Of a stretch of 64,000 bases of DNA, positions 33,731 through 43,280 are shown piece after piece; positions within the stretch are counted from its first letter, which is position 1; each line of letters opens with the position of its first letter. This DNA comes from Acidimicrobiia bacterium (GTDB lineage: Bacteria; Actinomycetota; Acidimicrobiia; Spongiisociales; ZC4RG35). Under the pieces are notes generated by a model. It did not search any database. It saw only the letters and a program-made list of their open reading frames with translations, and was not told where the DNA came from. The DNA lies in the NCBI GenBank assembly GCA_965209025.1, contig OZ242375.1:2261380-2325379 (forward strand). The letters are read 5' to 3'. The position numbers and the translations under genes were made by a program.

Positions 33731-35940
33731 TCGGCCCAGGTGTTTTGGAATTCGATTACAACCTCCGATTCGGTGGGAATGACCAGCATCAGGGAGGGGG
33801 CGACCAGATAGGGGCCGTCGGCGCCGGTTGCCTTCCAGTTGGGAAAATAGGACACCTTCACCAGATGGGGGAATCCCACCGCGTCTGTTGAAAACGAGAT
33901 ACGGTGATCTTCCACAATGACGTCGCCCACCGCTCCCTCCCGGTTGGGAAGGACCACAGGGCGGACTTCGGAAGGGCTGGACACGGCCCGCCATTCGGAG
34001 CCGGGCGGCCCCTCCGCCACCACCCACAGGTCCGCCAGGTCGAGCCTCTCGAACCAGGCCAGGGAGAAATTGAAGAAGTCGGGCTCGCCTTCCGGGCTCT
34101 CTTCGAATCTCGACGGCTGGAAGCCGGCCACCTCCACCAGCGGGCTGTGTGGCGCCTCGAAGACGTGGAAGGGTCCCGCCACCCCCAGTTCCTCCAACTG
34201 CGGGACCCCGCGAGCCTCTTCGGTCGCCTCGGGAGTGAAGGAGATGTAGTAGCGCACGCCGAACATTCGGAGGTGTTCCAGTCCCCGGTGCATGGACAGA
34301 TTGTGGTACGCCAGTCCCGGCACCGGGTTGGAGCCTTGTTTGCTCATCTCGGAGATGGTGATGAAGATGAAGGGCATGCTGAGGGAGGACTCGAAGAAAA
34401 GGCCTTCCATGGAGGGGTGGCTCCACTCCGACCAGTAGGGGATGAGCATGGGAGCCATGGGGGTTCCGTACCTGTCCAGGTCGCGATTGTTTTCCCATAG
34501 CACTCGGCCGGGCGGAAGCCCCGCCACCAGCGCGTTCATATCCCGATATTCGTCCCAGTGGGCCTTGGTTTCGTAGCCCGAGTAGTTCCATCTCGACCAG
34601 CCCGCCAGGTAGGACACCCCGGCCAGGGACCCGGCGCCCACTCCCAGAGCGGCGATAGTGGCCAGCAGTCTTCTGGTGGCCAGTGGCTGCCGACGAAGGT
34701 ACAGGACAGTCCCCCCCAGGACGACCGCCACCACCGTACCGAGGATGATCGGCCACTTTGCGTCTGAGGCCCCCGAGGGGATGACCACGGAAGCGAGAAG
34801 CGCTCCGGCGCCGATGCTGGCCGCCGTTGCCGCTGCCGGTGAGGACAGGCGGGGAAGGCGTCGGGCAACGACCAACAGCAGAGCGCCAACCGCCAGCATG
34901 GCGAAGAAGATCACGCCGAAGTACCAGTAGGGAAGCAACCTCCCGTTGTACAGCTTCCACCGTTCGTCCAGGAACAAATCAGGGAACTGGCTGGTGAGAC
35001 GGATGGGCAGTGGGTAATAGACGATTGGCGCCACCGTGGTTATCAGCAGCGGCACAATCTTCCACGTCTCCCCGATCCGCCAGGCGCGGCGGAGCGACCA
35101 GATCAAACCGGCCAGGGACAGCGGGAGCAACACCCAGATCTCCACCGGGAAGAACTCTCGCCACCGGGTGAGGGGGCTCCAGGCCAGGTCGGAACTGTAC
35201 GCCAGGTTGGCCAGGAAGGGGACGGACCAGAAACCGGTGAGAGCGAATGCCCACGCCGAGGCGGCTATCAACGGACGGCGGGCCTTCCTGAGCGCCAGGA
35301 ACCCCAGAGTCCCGATCACCAGCAGCAGAGTGGTCAGCAGATGGCAGAGCACCGTCACGCAGAACACCGCCGCGGTGGCGGGAAGCAGGCGCGACTCGCC
35401 CTCGATCACCCGGATCAGAAGGCCCAGGTAGATGAAACCCAGGCTGAACGACCAGCTATAGGTGAACTCCCCGGCCAGAGTGGAGGCCACGTTTCCCCCG
35501 TAGATGCTGAAGCTCTCCATCAAGGCGTACACCGTGCCTCCGGCGGCGGTCGTCAAGGCTATCACCCGAGAGAAGTCCAGGGAGCGGGTCAGGAAGTAGA
35601 CCGCCGGGGGTAGGAGAAGGAGACCTCCCACCGTAACCAGCTTGAATGCCACCCCGTAGGGAAGGAAGACATCCAGTAGCACGATGACCATGGACGGGAG
35701 GGGGAAATAGAAGTAGTAAAGGGGGAATCCTGCGAACCAGGCGTTGGACCAGCCCAACAGGCGTCCGGAGGGCAGCAGCACGTCCCGCATGGCGGCCGGT
35801 CCCAGGACATGGGCCCCCATGTCGCCGCCGGAGGGAGTGTTCTCCACGAACAGCAGATGCGGGCTGAGCACAGCCAGGACCATCAGGGAGAGGACCGCCA
35901 GCACCCAACCCGGGTACCAAAACCTGGAGAGACGGGTCAT
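33607..35940 (-). CDS. Large polytopic membrane protein with a C-terminal extracytoplasmic domain (possible GT-C-fold glycosyltransferase; function unknown)
   Basis: 777 aa. There are about 13 TM helices in the first ~480 aa, including an early loop motif (PSGGDMGAH). A ~270-aa soluble region and a final TM follow. It sits inside a mannose-activation gene block. The family assignment rests on architecture only. Confidence 0.5.
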   Translation of the reverse strand: MTRLSRFWYPGWVLAVLSLMVLAVLSPHLLFVENTPSGGDMGAHVLGPAAMRDVLLPSGRLLGWSNAWFAGFPLYYFYFPLPSMVIVLLDVFLPYGVAFKLVTVGGLLLLPPAVYFLTRSLDFSRVIALTTAAGGTVYALMESFSIYGGNVASTLAGEFTYSWSFSLGFIYLGLLIRVIEGESRLLPATAAVFCVTVLCHLLTTLLLVIGTLGFLALRKARRPLIAASAWAFALTGFWSVPFLANLAYSSDLAWSPLTRWREFFPVEIWVLLPLSLAGLIWSLRRAWRIGETWKIVPLLITTVAPIVYYPLPIRLTSQFPDLFLDERWKLYNGRLLPYWYFGVIFFAMLAVGALLLVVARRLPRLSSPAAATAASIGAGALLASVVIPSGASDAKWPIILGTVVAVVLGGTVLYLRRQPLATRRLLATIAALGVGAGSLAGVSYLAGWSRWNYSGYETKAHWDEYRDMNALVAGLPPGRVLWENNRDLDRYGTPMAPMLIPYWSEWSHPSMEGLFFESSLSMPFIFITISEMSKQGSNPVPGLAYHNLSMHRGLEHLRMFGVRYYISFTPEATEEARGVPQLEELGVAGPFHVFEAPHSPLVEVAGFQPSRFEESPEGEPDFFNFSLAWFERLDLADLWVVAEGPPGSEWRAVSSPSEVRPVVLPNREGAVGDVIVEDHRISFSTDAVGFPHLVKVSYFPNWKATGADGPYLVAPSLMLVIPTESEVVIEFQNTWAEWLGWALTLGGLAALTVPRWRSRLSGVAMAPPRRSRRGAVP

Positions 35941-35977
35941 CGAGGATGCGGAGGGCGTCGGCCCGGTGCGCCGCTCC

Positions 35978-36211
35978 TCAGGCGACTCCCGTTTCCTTGG
36001 AGGACTGGAACATCTCGGTGACGTTGCGACGGTCGAATAGCGTCCATTTTATGGGAGGGACGAGACGGTCGGCATGATGACGGCAGACGGCCGAGAACAC
36101 GCCCTCTTGGGCGGTGATGCCAATGTCCCATAGCCAGACCCGACGGTTCTGGTAGTCGATCGCCATCCACGACGCGGCCGCTCTTCCACACCGATAGCAA
36201 GTGGGCGCCAT
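35978..36211 (-). CDS. DUF3499 domain protein
   Basis: 77 aa: CYRCGRAAASWMAIDYQNRRVWLWDI...AVCRHHADRLVPPIKWTLFDRR. The C-x2-C ... C-x2-H-A-x-x-L pattern and the position next to manB match the actinobacterial DUF3499 family as I recall it. Confidence 0.65.
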   Translation of the reverse strand: MAPTCYRCGRAAASWMAIDYQNRRVWLWDIGITAQEGVFSAVCRHHADRLVPPIKWTLFDRRNVTEMFQSSKETGVA

Positions 36212-36232
36212 AACCTCACCAACTTTAAGGCG

Positions 36233-36616
36233 TCAGTGCTGGTTAACAAAGGACCTCCACCGTTGGACCAACCGGATTGGGGGCATCCCCTCCCAGACGA
36301 AGGCGTCGCCGCTTCCGTCCACCGCGGCCGTGGTAGGCACGCGATCGACCGTGTGGGTCACGAAGAGATCGGGCTGCTCCGTCCACTTGATCTCCCGGAA
36401 CCCCTCGGCGCCTAGCACCTCGATCAGGCGCGAGCGCACCGGGTCACACCCCGGACACCGTTCTGAAGTGAACAGGGAAACGCCGGGCTCGAGGCCTTTC
36501 ATCGACCGGCGCCGGGGACGGCGACGCTTCAGGATCCTGGCGGCCAGGGCAATGAAGGCGCTTGCCGCCAGGGCCCCGAGGGGTAACCACAGCCGCAGCA
36601 TGTCCTCGACAGGCAT
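36233..36616 (-). CDS. Membrane-anchored thioredoxin/glutaredoxin-like protein
   Basis: 127 aa with an N-terminal TM (LWLPLGALAASAFIALAA), then a CPGC redox motif in a thioredoxin-fold-sized domain. Its start overlaps the pncB stop. Confidence 0.6.
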   Translation of the reverse strand: MPVEDMLRLWLPLGALAASAFIALAARILKRRRPRRRSMKGLEPGVSLFTSERCPGCDPVRSRLIEVLGAEGFREIKWTEQPDLFVTHTVDRVPTTAAVDGSGDAFVWEGMPPIRLVQRWRSFVNQH

Positions 36617-38085
36617 CAGCCTTCGCCGATCATCACCGCCGCCAGCACCCGGTCGGACAGCGCCCGCAGCCCGGGACTCCGGACCACCGGATAGGGCTCG
36701 GGATCCACCAAGTCCAAGCAGGCGGGCGGGAGGCGGGCCATGTCTGCTCGCCGTCTGGCCCGGGCCGCGTGAAGGCTTTCCTCTCCGGAGAGCCTCCCCT
36801 CTCTCCAGGCGTCTTCAAGTAAAGGCTCGGGAGGAGCCGTCCCTTCCCGGTCGGGCACCTCGTCCGCCAGGGTCACCATGTCCCCTCGGGCGTACCCCTC
36901 GTCTCCGTAAAGGCGCCACAGGCTCTTGCGGCCGGGCGGCGCCGACTTGGCCAGGTCGTCGGTGCGTTTGAATGCATGTCGCCAGCGACGGTCCTGGCGC
37001 ACCGCCGTCAACTTGAACACCCCGTCGAGATACGGCGCGCCTTGCGAGGTTGCAAGCCGGCTCCCCACTCCGAATACCAGCCGCCCGATGATCCGGTCGG
37101 GGTCTTCGGCGTCCCGGGTCAGTTTCTCTGCGAGCCGGGAGATGGACAATTCATCCAGGCGGTCGGACAGGACGATGGGCACATTCCCGAAACCGGCTTT
37201 GTCGAGCATCCGGACGGCGGCCGGAGCCAGGGTCGCCGGGTCCCCGGAGTCCAGTCGAATCCCCGCCGGCCGGTGGCCTCTGGTGCGTAGTTCTTCGAAC
37301 ACTGTGATGGCATTGGGAATGCCCGACTCCAGGGTGTCTATGGTGTCCACCAAGAGCACGCAGTCATCGGGATAGATCCGGGCGAAGGCCCGAAAAGCAT
37401 CCAGTTCCGTGCCGGCCAACGCCATGAATGCCTGGACCAGAGAGTGGGCATGGGTGCCCTTGGCGGGCAGGCCGACCTTGTGGGACGCCCCCACATTCGA
37501 GGAGAAGTCCGCGCCTCCCACCAGGGCGGACTCGGTGGCCAGGTTGGCGCCCAGTCCCGCCGCTCGGCGCATCCCGAACTCCAGGACGGTCGCCGACCGG
37601 GCGGCCTGTTTGATCCTTGCCGCCTTGGTGGCCACCAGGGTGGCGAAGTTGCGGTGGTTCAGCAGGGCGGTCTCTACCAACTGGGCCAGGGCCAACGGTC
37701 CTTCCACCACGGTGATCGGAGTATGGGGATGGACCAACCGCCCGTCGGGCGTGGCCCGCAGGATCAGTCGGCGGAAGTCCCCGTTGGCTTCCAGCCAGTC
37801 CAGGAAGTCCTTTCCGAAGAGGGGGGCGCCCGATGCGGAGCGCATGTGGGCCAGGGCGACCAATTCCTGGTCCCCGTAGCGGTACCTCTCCAAGCGGTCC
37901 GCCAAAGCCCCGAGGCCCGCCGAGACACAATACCCCGCCCGATGCTCTCCATAGGATGGATAGGTGCGGAAGTAGTGCTCGAAGCGGGCCTCATAGTCAG
38001 CGATCCCGTGGCTGAAGTAGACCTGGGCCATGGTCAACTGGTAGAGGTCGGTCAGCAGGACGCCGTGCTGGATGGGACTGGTCAT
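36616..38085 (-). CDS. pncB: Nicotinate phosphoribosyltransferase
   Basis: 489 aa. The N-terminus is LLTDLYQLTMAQVYF. Other typical NAPRTase blocks are FGMRRA and SGDPATL, among others. Confidence 0.85.
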   Translation of the reverse strand: MTSPIQHGVLLTDLYQLTMAQVYFSHGIADYEARFEHYFRTYPSYGEHRAGYCVSAGLGALADRLERYRYGDQELVALAHMRSASGAPLFGKDFLDWLEANGDFRRLILRATPDGRLVHPHTPITVVEGPLALAQLVETALLNHRNFATLVATKAARIKQAARSATVLEFGMRRAAGLGANLATESALVGGADFSSNVGASHKVGLPAKGTHAHSLVQAFMALAGTELDAFRAFARIYPDDCVLLVDTIDTLESGIPNAITVFEELRTRGHRPAGIRLDSGDPATLAPAAVRMLDKAGFGNVPIVLSDRLDELSISRLAEKLTRDAEDPDRIIGRLVFGVGSRLATSQGAPYLDGVFKLTAVRQDRRWRHAFKRTDDLAKSAPPGRKSLWRLYGDEGYARGDMVTLADEVPDREGTAPPEPLLEDAWREGRLSGEESLHAARARRRADMARLPPACLDLVDPEPYPVVRSPGLRALSDRVLAAVMIGEG

Positions 38086-38175
38086 CTCTTTTGTGAGATT
38101 ACGCCAATTGCGAGAGTAAGACTTCGACCCGGTATACGGGTCTGCGCGGTATTCTTCCGGCTACCTTTATTCCCC

Positions 38176-39372
38176 ATGGGAAAGTCCTTGCTGTCCCTGG
38201 TCGACGGCCTCGTGTTCGACGGAGTCTCTCGGGACCCCGCGGAGCGCCCGGTGCACATCGAGGGAGGAGTGGTGGTGGGGCTTGACGGTCCGCCACCGGA
38301 TGGGGCGCGCGTCATCGAGGTTGGCGGTCGCCTGATCACCCCGGGCCTGATCGACGCCCACTTCCATGCTTATGGAGTCGACTTCGAGATGATGAAGCTG
38401 GAGAGCCTTCCTATGAGCTACGTGGCTCAAAAGGCGGCCCGGCGGCTTGATGCGGCCCTCCAGAGAGGGTTCACAACCGTGCGGGACCCGTCGGGAGGAG
38501 ACATAGGGCTGCGCATGGCGCTTGAAGAGGGATTGATGAGCGGGCCGCGCTACCTCTACACCGGCCCGGGGCTCACCCAGACCGGCGGTCACGGCGATCC
38601 CCGCCCCGCCCACATCTTCGCCGAGCACACCTGCGGCTATCTGAGCGAGGTGGTGGACGGTCCTGACAATCTTCGCCGGGCCGTACGGGAAAGGATCCGT
38701 ACCGGCGCCCATGCCATAAAGATCTTCGCATCGGGAGGCGTGATGTCCCCCACCGACCCGATTCGCCAGGTCCAGTATGACGCAGAGGAGGTTCGGGCGG
38801 TCTGCGCGGAGGCAGCCAGGCTCGACTCGTATGTGGCTGCCCACGCTTACTCACCTGAAGCCATCACTCACGCGGTGGCAAACGGGGTGAGAACCATTGA
38901 ACACGGCAACTTGCTGGACGCCGAGGCCGCCGCGCTAATGGCGGAACGGGGCGCCTATCTGGTGCCCACCCTGATCTGCTACGAAGCCATGAAACGAAGG
39001 GGAGAGGACCTGGGCCAACCCCTCGAGTCGCAACGCAAGAACCTGGAAGTGGTTGAAGCGGGCATCGCATCCTTGGAGATCGCCGGGAGTGCCGGAGTCC
39101 GGGTGGGAATGGGCACCGACCTGATCGGAGACCTCGAGGACGAGCAACTCTTCGATTTCCGCGTCCGCAGCGAGGTCATGGAGGTGGGGGAGATGCTCCG
39201 CGCCGCCACTTCGGTGAATGCCGAGATAATCCGCCGTCCCGACCTGGGCGTCATAGAGGTGGGCGCCACCGCCGACCTGGTGGTGTTGGCGGGCAACCCT
39301 TACCAGAGGCCGGACGTGCTTTGGGATCCCGAACGAACGGTCATACAGGCGGGGACGGTGGTGCGGCCTTAA
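38176..39372 (+). CDS. Amidohydrolase family protein (metal-dependent hydrolase, imidazolonepropionase/Xaa-Pro dipeptidase-like)
   Basis: The ATG is at 38176. Blocks PGLIDAHFH (HxH), IKIFASGGV, AAHAY, IEHG and GTDL. The 244 codons upstream in the track ORF are antisense to pncB. Confidence 0.8.
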   Translation: MGKSLLSLVDGLVFDGVSRDPAERPVHIEGGVVVGLDGPPPDGARVIEVGGRLITPGLIDAHFHAYGVDFEMMKLESLPMSYVAQKAARRLDAALQRGFTTVRDPSGGDIGLRMALEEGLMSGPRYLYTGPGLTQTGGHGDPRPAHIFAEHTCGYLSEVVDGPDNLRRAVRERIRTGAHAIKIFASGGVMSPTDPIRQVQYDAEEVRAVCAEAARLDSYVAAHAYSPEAITHAVANGVRTIEHGNLLDAEAAALMAERGAYLVPTLICYEAMKRRGEDLGQPLESQRKNLEVVEAGIASLEIAGSAGVRVGMGTDLIGDLEDEQLFDFRVRSEVMEVGEMLRAATSVNAEIIRRPDLGVIEVGATADLVVLAGNPYQRPDVLWDPERTVIQAGTVVRP

Positions 39373-39575
39373 TCAGCGTCTGGTTGTGTTCCCGAGCCTT
39401 TTGTATTGCGATACCGAGGGTTGGAGTGCCGAATCTCGCGCCGGTGGGTTATTGAGAAGTCGGATTGGCAAGGATGGCCCCTTTTGGTAGTGCTTCAAGG
39501 CATTTGGTGACTTGCGACTCCCTCGGAGACAGAATCCGGGGGCTGTCCAAAGGTGATCGTCTGCTCACCCTCGGC

Positions 39576-40124
39576 TCAGCGGCGGCGACCTCGGCAGATG
39601 ATCAACTTGCTGGCGGCGATGCCGGTAATCCTTATAGTGGTGGCCCGTTCAGCATCCAGGCAGTCGTGAGTGGATAGTTCGTATCCGACTCCGTTGACCT
39701 CGACTCCGCACCTTCCTGCAAAAACGAAAATAAAGATGTCTTCGTCTTTCTCGACTGTCAGTAAGCATTGGCCCTCGGGTTCGAGGTTCACATTGGTGAC
39801 GGCCAATTGGAGATCGGGATGGGACAGGGTAGTTTCTCCGGGCGCTTCCCCGATCGACCCTTTAAGCAAGTGGCGGCCACCCAACCGGGGAAGAAGCTGG
39901 GCTAGCGGAAGATCCAGAGCTTTGCTGATCCTTAACAGAACGGGCAACGAGGCATGGGCATGGCCGTTTTCGATGTCGCTCAGGTGGGCCGCCGAGATCT
40001 GGGCTGTCGATGCCACGACCCGAAGAGTCAGGGAGAGACGGGTGCGCTGCTCTCTAAGGCGGAACCCCACTTCCTTCGCTAGTGAAGCCGGACTTCGGTG
40101 TTCGGTACCCGGGTGGCGAGCCAT
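39576..40124 (-). CDS. XRE-family HTH transcriptional regulator with C-terminal cupin domain (copy B)
   Basis: The HTH region is LSLTLRVVASTAQISAAHLSDIENGHAHASLPVLLRISKAL, followed by a cupin-sized beta region. The start is taken at MARHPGTE. Confidence 0.75.
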   Translation of the reverse strand: MARHPGTEHRSPASLAKEVGFRLREQRTRLSLTLRVVASTAQISAAHLSDIENGHAHASLPVLLRISKALDLPLAQLLPRLGGRHLLKGSIGEAPGETTLSHPDLQLAVTNVNLEPEGQCLLTVEKDEDIFIFVFAGRCGVEVNGVGYELSTHDCLDAERATTIRITGIAASKLIICRGRRR

Positions 40125-40128
40125 GGCG

Positions 40129-40716
40129 TCAGAAGAGAGCGGGACAGGCGATGATGAGTATCCGACCGTGCAGGTCTTCGCCCCGGCCCTCCGTCTCATG
40201 GGTTTCGTGAGCGGAGTAGTGGAGGGTGTCGCCTGTGGTGAGATGGAAGTGATTGTCGCCGAAGTTGATCTGGACCCAGCCGGAAAGCATCACCAGAAAC
40301 CTTTCGCCGTAGTGGCGGTATCGGGCAGGGACATCGGAGGTTCTAAGGATCACCACTGTGTAGGCGCCTTCGGTACCGTGGCTACCTACCACGCGATACA
40401 CCGGGCCGTCTCCTACGCGAAGATCGCGCCCTTCTCCGGCCCGGGTGATGTGCACCAAGGGATCTGTGGAATCCAGCAAGTCGGTCATCTCTACGCCAAA
40501 TGCAATCGCCACCATGGCGAGGGCGGTGAGAGAAGGCATCGCAGATCCGCTCTCTATCTGGGACAGATAAGAGGTTGTGTAGCCGGTAGCAGCCGCCACA
40601 TCTGAGAGACGTAGTCCTCGGTCACTCCGGAGGCGGGCTATGTTGCGCCCCACGGCCGCAAGTTCAACGTCCACCCGATTAAACGTAAACGGAATGGTGG
40701 GAGACCACAAACCCAC
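40129..40716 (-). CDS. XRE-family HTH transcriptional regulator with C-terminal cupin domain (copy A)
   Basis: The HTH region is LRLSDVAAATGYTTSYLSQIESGSAMPSLTALAMVAIAF. The cupin region has H/E residues (HYGERFLVMLSG...HYSAHETHE). Confidence 0.75.
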   Translation of the reverse strand: MGLWSPTIPFTFNRVDVELAAVGRNIARLRSDRGLRLSDVAAATGYTTSYLSQIESGSAMPSLTALAMVAIAFGVEMTDLLDSTDPLVHITRAGEGRDLRVGDGPVYRVVGSHGTEGAYTVVILRTSDVPARYRHYGERFLVMLSGWVQINFGDNHFHLTTGDTLHYSAHETHETEGRGEDLHGRILIIACPALF

Positions 40717-40734
40717 TCCTATCGCTTGAATGGG

Positions 40735-41733
40735 TCAGGTGAGCATCTCGGTCAAGAATCGTATCAAGTTGTCTCCCATTATGCGCCTGGTGGCGGCGAC
40801 CCCTAACTGTCTGGCCACCGCCTCGCCGATGGACGGGTAGTCGGAGGGGGATTCGAGGTTCGCCACCACTGGGAATTCGTCGGCCAGAGCCCCTCCCAGG
40901 ATCGGGTCCACTATGCGGAGCACATCGTCGATGAAGTCGGCGCCGATCCCCACCTGCGCCTCTCCTATCAGGGAGGCGGCATGGGCGATATGGTTCACGT
41001 AGTCGTCTAGTGAGGGCAGGTCGGCTAGGAAACCACCGAAGGCGTTCAGGCACACCATGCCACCGGTTCGGGCGATGCCGACAATCTGCTGGTCGGTGAG
41101 GTTGCGGGGGTGCGGATACAGTTTACGGCACGATGAGTGGGAGGCGATCACCGGTCGGCCGGCTACCTCCAGGACGTCGCGGAGTCCTGCATCGGAGAGG
41201 TGGCTTACGTCGATCGTAATCCCGCACCTCTCCAGTTCCCCGACCGCTTCCCGGCCCAGAGGCGTCAGCCCGCCGTTGGCGAACCGGACGCCTACGCCGT
41301 CGGCCAGCATGGTGCGCCGGTTCCAGGTGAGCGAGGCGATTCTCACCCCCAGGCGGGCGAACCCGTCTATCAGTCCGAGGTCGGCGCCGAAAGGCTCCCC
41401 GCCCTCAAGCGCCAGTACCAGCGCGATCCGTCCAGAAGTGATTGTCTGAGAGATCTCCTCGGCTGTTTCGACGATGGCAACGTCTGTCGGGTGGAGGGAG
41501 GCCATCCACCGGGCGGTCTCCAATATGACCATGGCCCGGCGGAGGGCCCCCGAGGTCACGAACTGCTCCTCTGTGTAAACCGGCAACACTTGAAGCACCA
41601 CCCCGCCGGATCGAAGTCGAGGCAGCCAGAAATCTCCGAAGGGATCGACCTCGCCGCGGCGGCGCCGATGCTCCACGGCAAGCAGCAGGTCGTTGTGGGA
41701 GTCGGCTACCGAGAACCGGTGGTGGGCCTCCAT
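40735..41733 (-). CDS. Membrane (renal-type) dipeptidase family M19
   Basis: DSHNDLL (HxD metal motif), LEGGEP, DVSHLSD, SHSSCR, and GADFID. The ATG at 41733..41731 overlaps the hydantoinase stop (TGATG). The 14 codons further upstream in the track ORF are probably not used. Confidence 0.85.
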   Translation of the reverse strand: MEAHHRFSVADSHNDLLLAVEHRRRRGEVDPFGDFWLPRLRSGGVVLQVLPVYTEEQFVTSGALRRAMVILETARWMASLHPTDVAIVETAEEISQTITSGRIALVLALEGGEPFGADLGLIDGFARLGVRIASLTWNRRTMLADGVGVRFANGGLTPLGREAVGELERCGITIDVSHLSDAGLRDVLEVAGRPVIASHSSCRKLYPHPRNLTDQQIVGIARTGGMVCLNAFGGFLADLPSLDDYVNHIAHAASLIGEAQVGIGADFIDDVLRIVDPILGGALADEFPVVANLESPSDYPSIGEAVARQLGVAATRRIMGDNLIRFLTEMLT

Positions 41734-43280
41734 CAACCTCCCAGCGGCCCTGCCGCCTTGACTTGCACCCGGCACCCACCGCCTGGAACGTAGGTCATGG
41801 GCACCTCCACCACCGACGTGATGCGGGTTTGATCAGGGTCAGCCCCAGCTTCCACCGCCGAGGCCAACGCCTCGGCGCGGGCGGCCTCCAGGCACTCCTC
41901 ACGACTGGAGGAGCCGTACTGATAGACCCGATCGACCGTGCCCGACGCCTCAGAGATGGCCGCTCCGAAGGCGTTGGCCACTTCGTAGTGGCGGGGTCGG
42001 ATCACCTCGGAGGCGCCCGAGACCCGCTCGGAAACCAGATGAGCGCCTCCCCCCACCGCCAAGAGCGGCATGGGCCGGCGGCTGGCCTTCATCCGCTCGC
42101 AGTGGGCGGCCAACTGCTCATCCACCCACGATAGGGCCCGGTCAACCGTGGCGGGATCGAGGTCGTCCACCGCAGATGCGTCTCCGAAGTCCTGGAGTCG
42201 CCCTCCCGCCACCGAGATGTCGGAGAGTGTAAGCGTGCTGCCTCCCGACACCAGGGCATCCGACGTGACCCGGTAGCCGACAGAATCCGGACCCACGGTG
42301 ACTCCCGTAACATCAGGTCGGACGATGGTTCCGCCTCCCAGGCCCATTGAGATCAAGTCCGGCATCCGGAAGTTGGTACGCACGCCGCCCACGTACACCG
42401 CCGCGGCCGATTCCCGGGGGAATCCGTCCACCAGAATGCCGATATCCGTGGAAGTTCCGCCCACGTCTACCACGATTGCATCGGCGAGTCCGGCCAGGGA
42501 GCAAGCGCCGCGCATCGAGTTTGTCGGACCTGATGCCAGGGACAGCACCGGCATGGCAAGAGCGTGAGCCGAGGTCATGAGGGTTCCGTCGTTCTGGGTG
42601 ATGTAGGAGGCGGCGTCGATCCCATGGCTGGCTAAGGCGTTGTCAAGTCCGTCCACCACCGCTTTGGCAACCCCCTGCAGCGCCGCGTTCAGGATGGTGG
42701 CATTCTCGCGCTCCAACAGTCCAAGGGTGCCGACCCGGTGGCTTAGTGAGATAGGGAAGTCTTCTCCCAACTCCTCGGCGAGGATCTCAGCGGCCCGGAG
42801 TTCGTGTTCGAAGTTGGCCGGGCTAAAGGCGCAGGACACCGCCACGGTCCCGGCCTTCTGCGCTTCGGTGGTGAACCGACGGATGGCCTCCTCGTCTAGA
42901 TCGGCGATCACTCGGCCGTCGTATTCGTACCCGCCCTCGGTGATGGCGACCTCGGTGATTACCGAGTCTCGTAAGTCGTCTGGCCAATCCGCGCCAGGGG
43001 AGACCGCCAACGAGGAGGGAGCCGCGAGGCGGAGGACCGCCACCCGGCCAAGTCCCAAACGCTGGATGATGGCGTTGGCGGAGTGGGTGGTTCCCAGCAT
43101 GGCCTGGCGTATGCGGGACAGGTCCGCGCCCCTGGACACGGCTTGGATCGCCGCTGAAATACCATCCAAAGGGTCAGCCGTCGTGGGAGCCTTGTGGGCG
43201 GCCAACACCGCCCCGGCCCCATCCACCAAGACCGCATCGGTGTTGGTTCCGCCGACATCTATTCCCAGTCGCAGCATCAT
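41733..43280 (-). CDS. Hydantoinase/oxoprolinase family protein (HyuA-type, ATP-grasp/ASKHA-like), no HyuB partner nearby
   Basis: MLRLGIDVGGTNTDAVL, and DVGGTSTDIG for the second ASKHA phosphate motif. The start ATG at 43280 overlaps the DUF917 stop (ATGA). Confidence 0.8.
   Translation of the reverse strand: MMLRLGIDVGGTNTDAVLVDGAGAVLAAHKAPTTADPLDGISAAIQAVSRGADLSRIRQAMLGTTHSANAIIQRLGLGRVAVLRLAAPSSLAVSPGADWPDDLRDSVITEVAITEGGYEYDGRVIADLDEEAIRRFTTEAQKAGTVAVSCAFSPANFEHELRAAEILAEELGEDFPISLSHRVGTLGLLERENATILNAALQGVAKAVVDGLDNALASHGIDAASYITQNDGTLMTSAHALAMPVLSLASGPTNSMRGACSLAGLADAIVVDVGGTSTDIGILVDGFPRESAAAVYVGGVRTNFRMPDLISMGLGGGTIVRPDVTGVTVGPDSVGYRVTSDALVSGGSTLTLSDISVAGGRLQDFGDASAVDDLDPATVDRALSWVDEQLAAHCERMKASRRPMPLLAVGGGAHLVSERVSGASEVIRPRHYEVANAFGAAISEASGTVDRVYQYGSSSREECLEAARAEALASAVEAGADPDQTRITSVVEVPMTYVPGGGCRVQVKAAGPLGG

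Noticed and set aside
33731-34960. N-terminal ~410 residues of the 892-aa ORF 32282..34960
   Set aside because: This is an in-frame stop-free read-through upstream of manB. It overlaps the 777-aa membrane protein gene in another frame. The sequence is Arg/Gly/Pro-rich and lacks PGM/PMM domain I features.
39373-39575. 200-nt lower-GC gap between the amidohydrolase and the last XRE-cupin gene; looked for a tRNA, sRNA or small ORF
   Set aside because: I found no cloverleaf-compatible sequence, no strong promoter/terminator pair and no conserved-looking small ORF. The 70-aa ORF at 39465..39677 overlaps the regulator gene and has no features.
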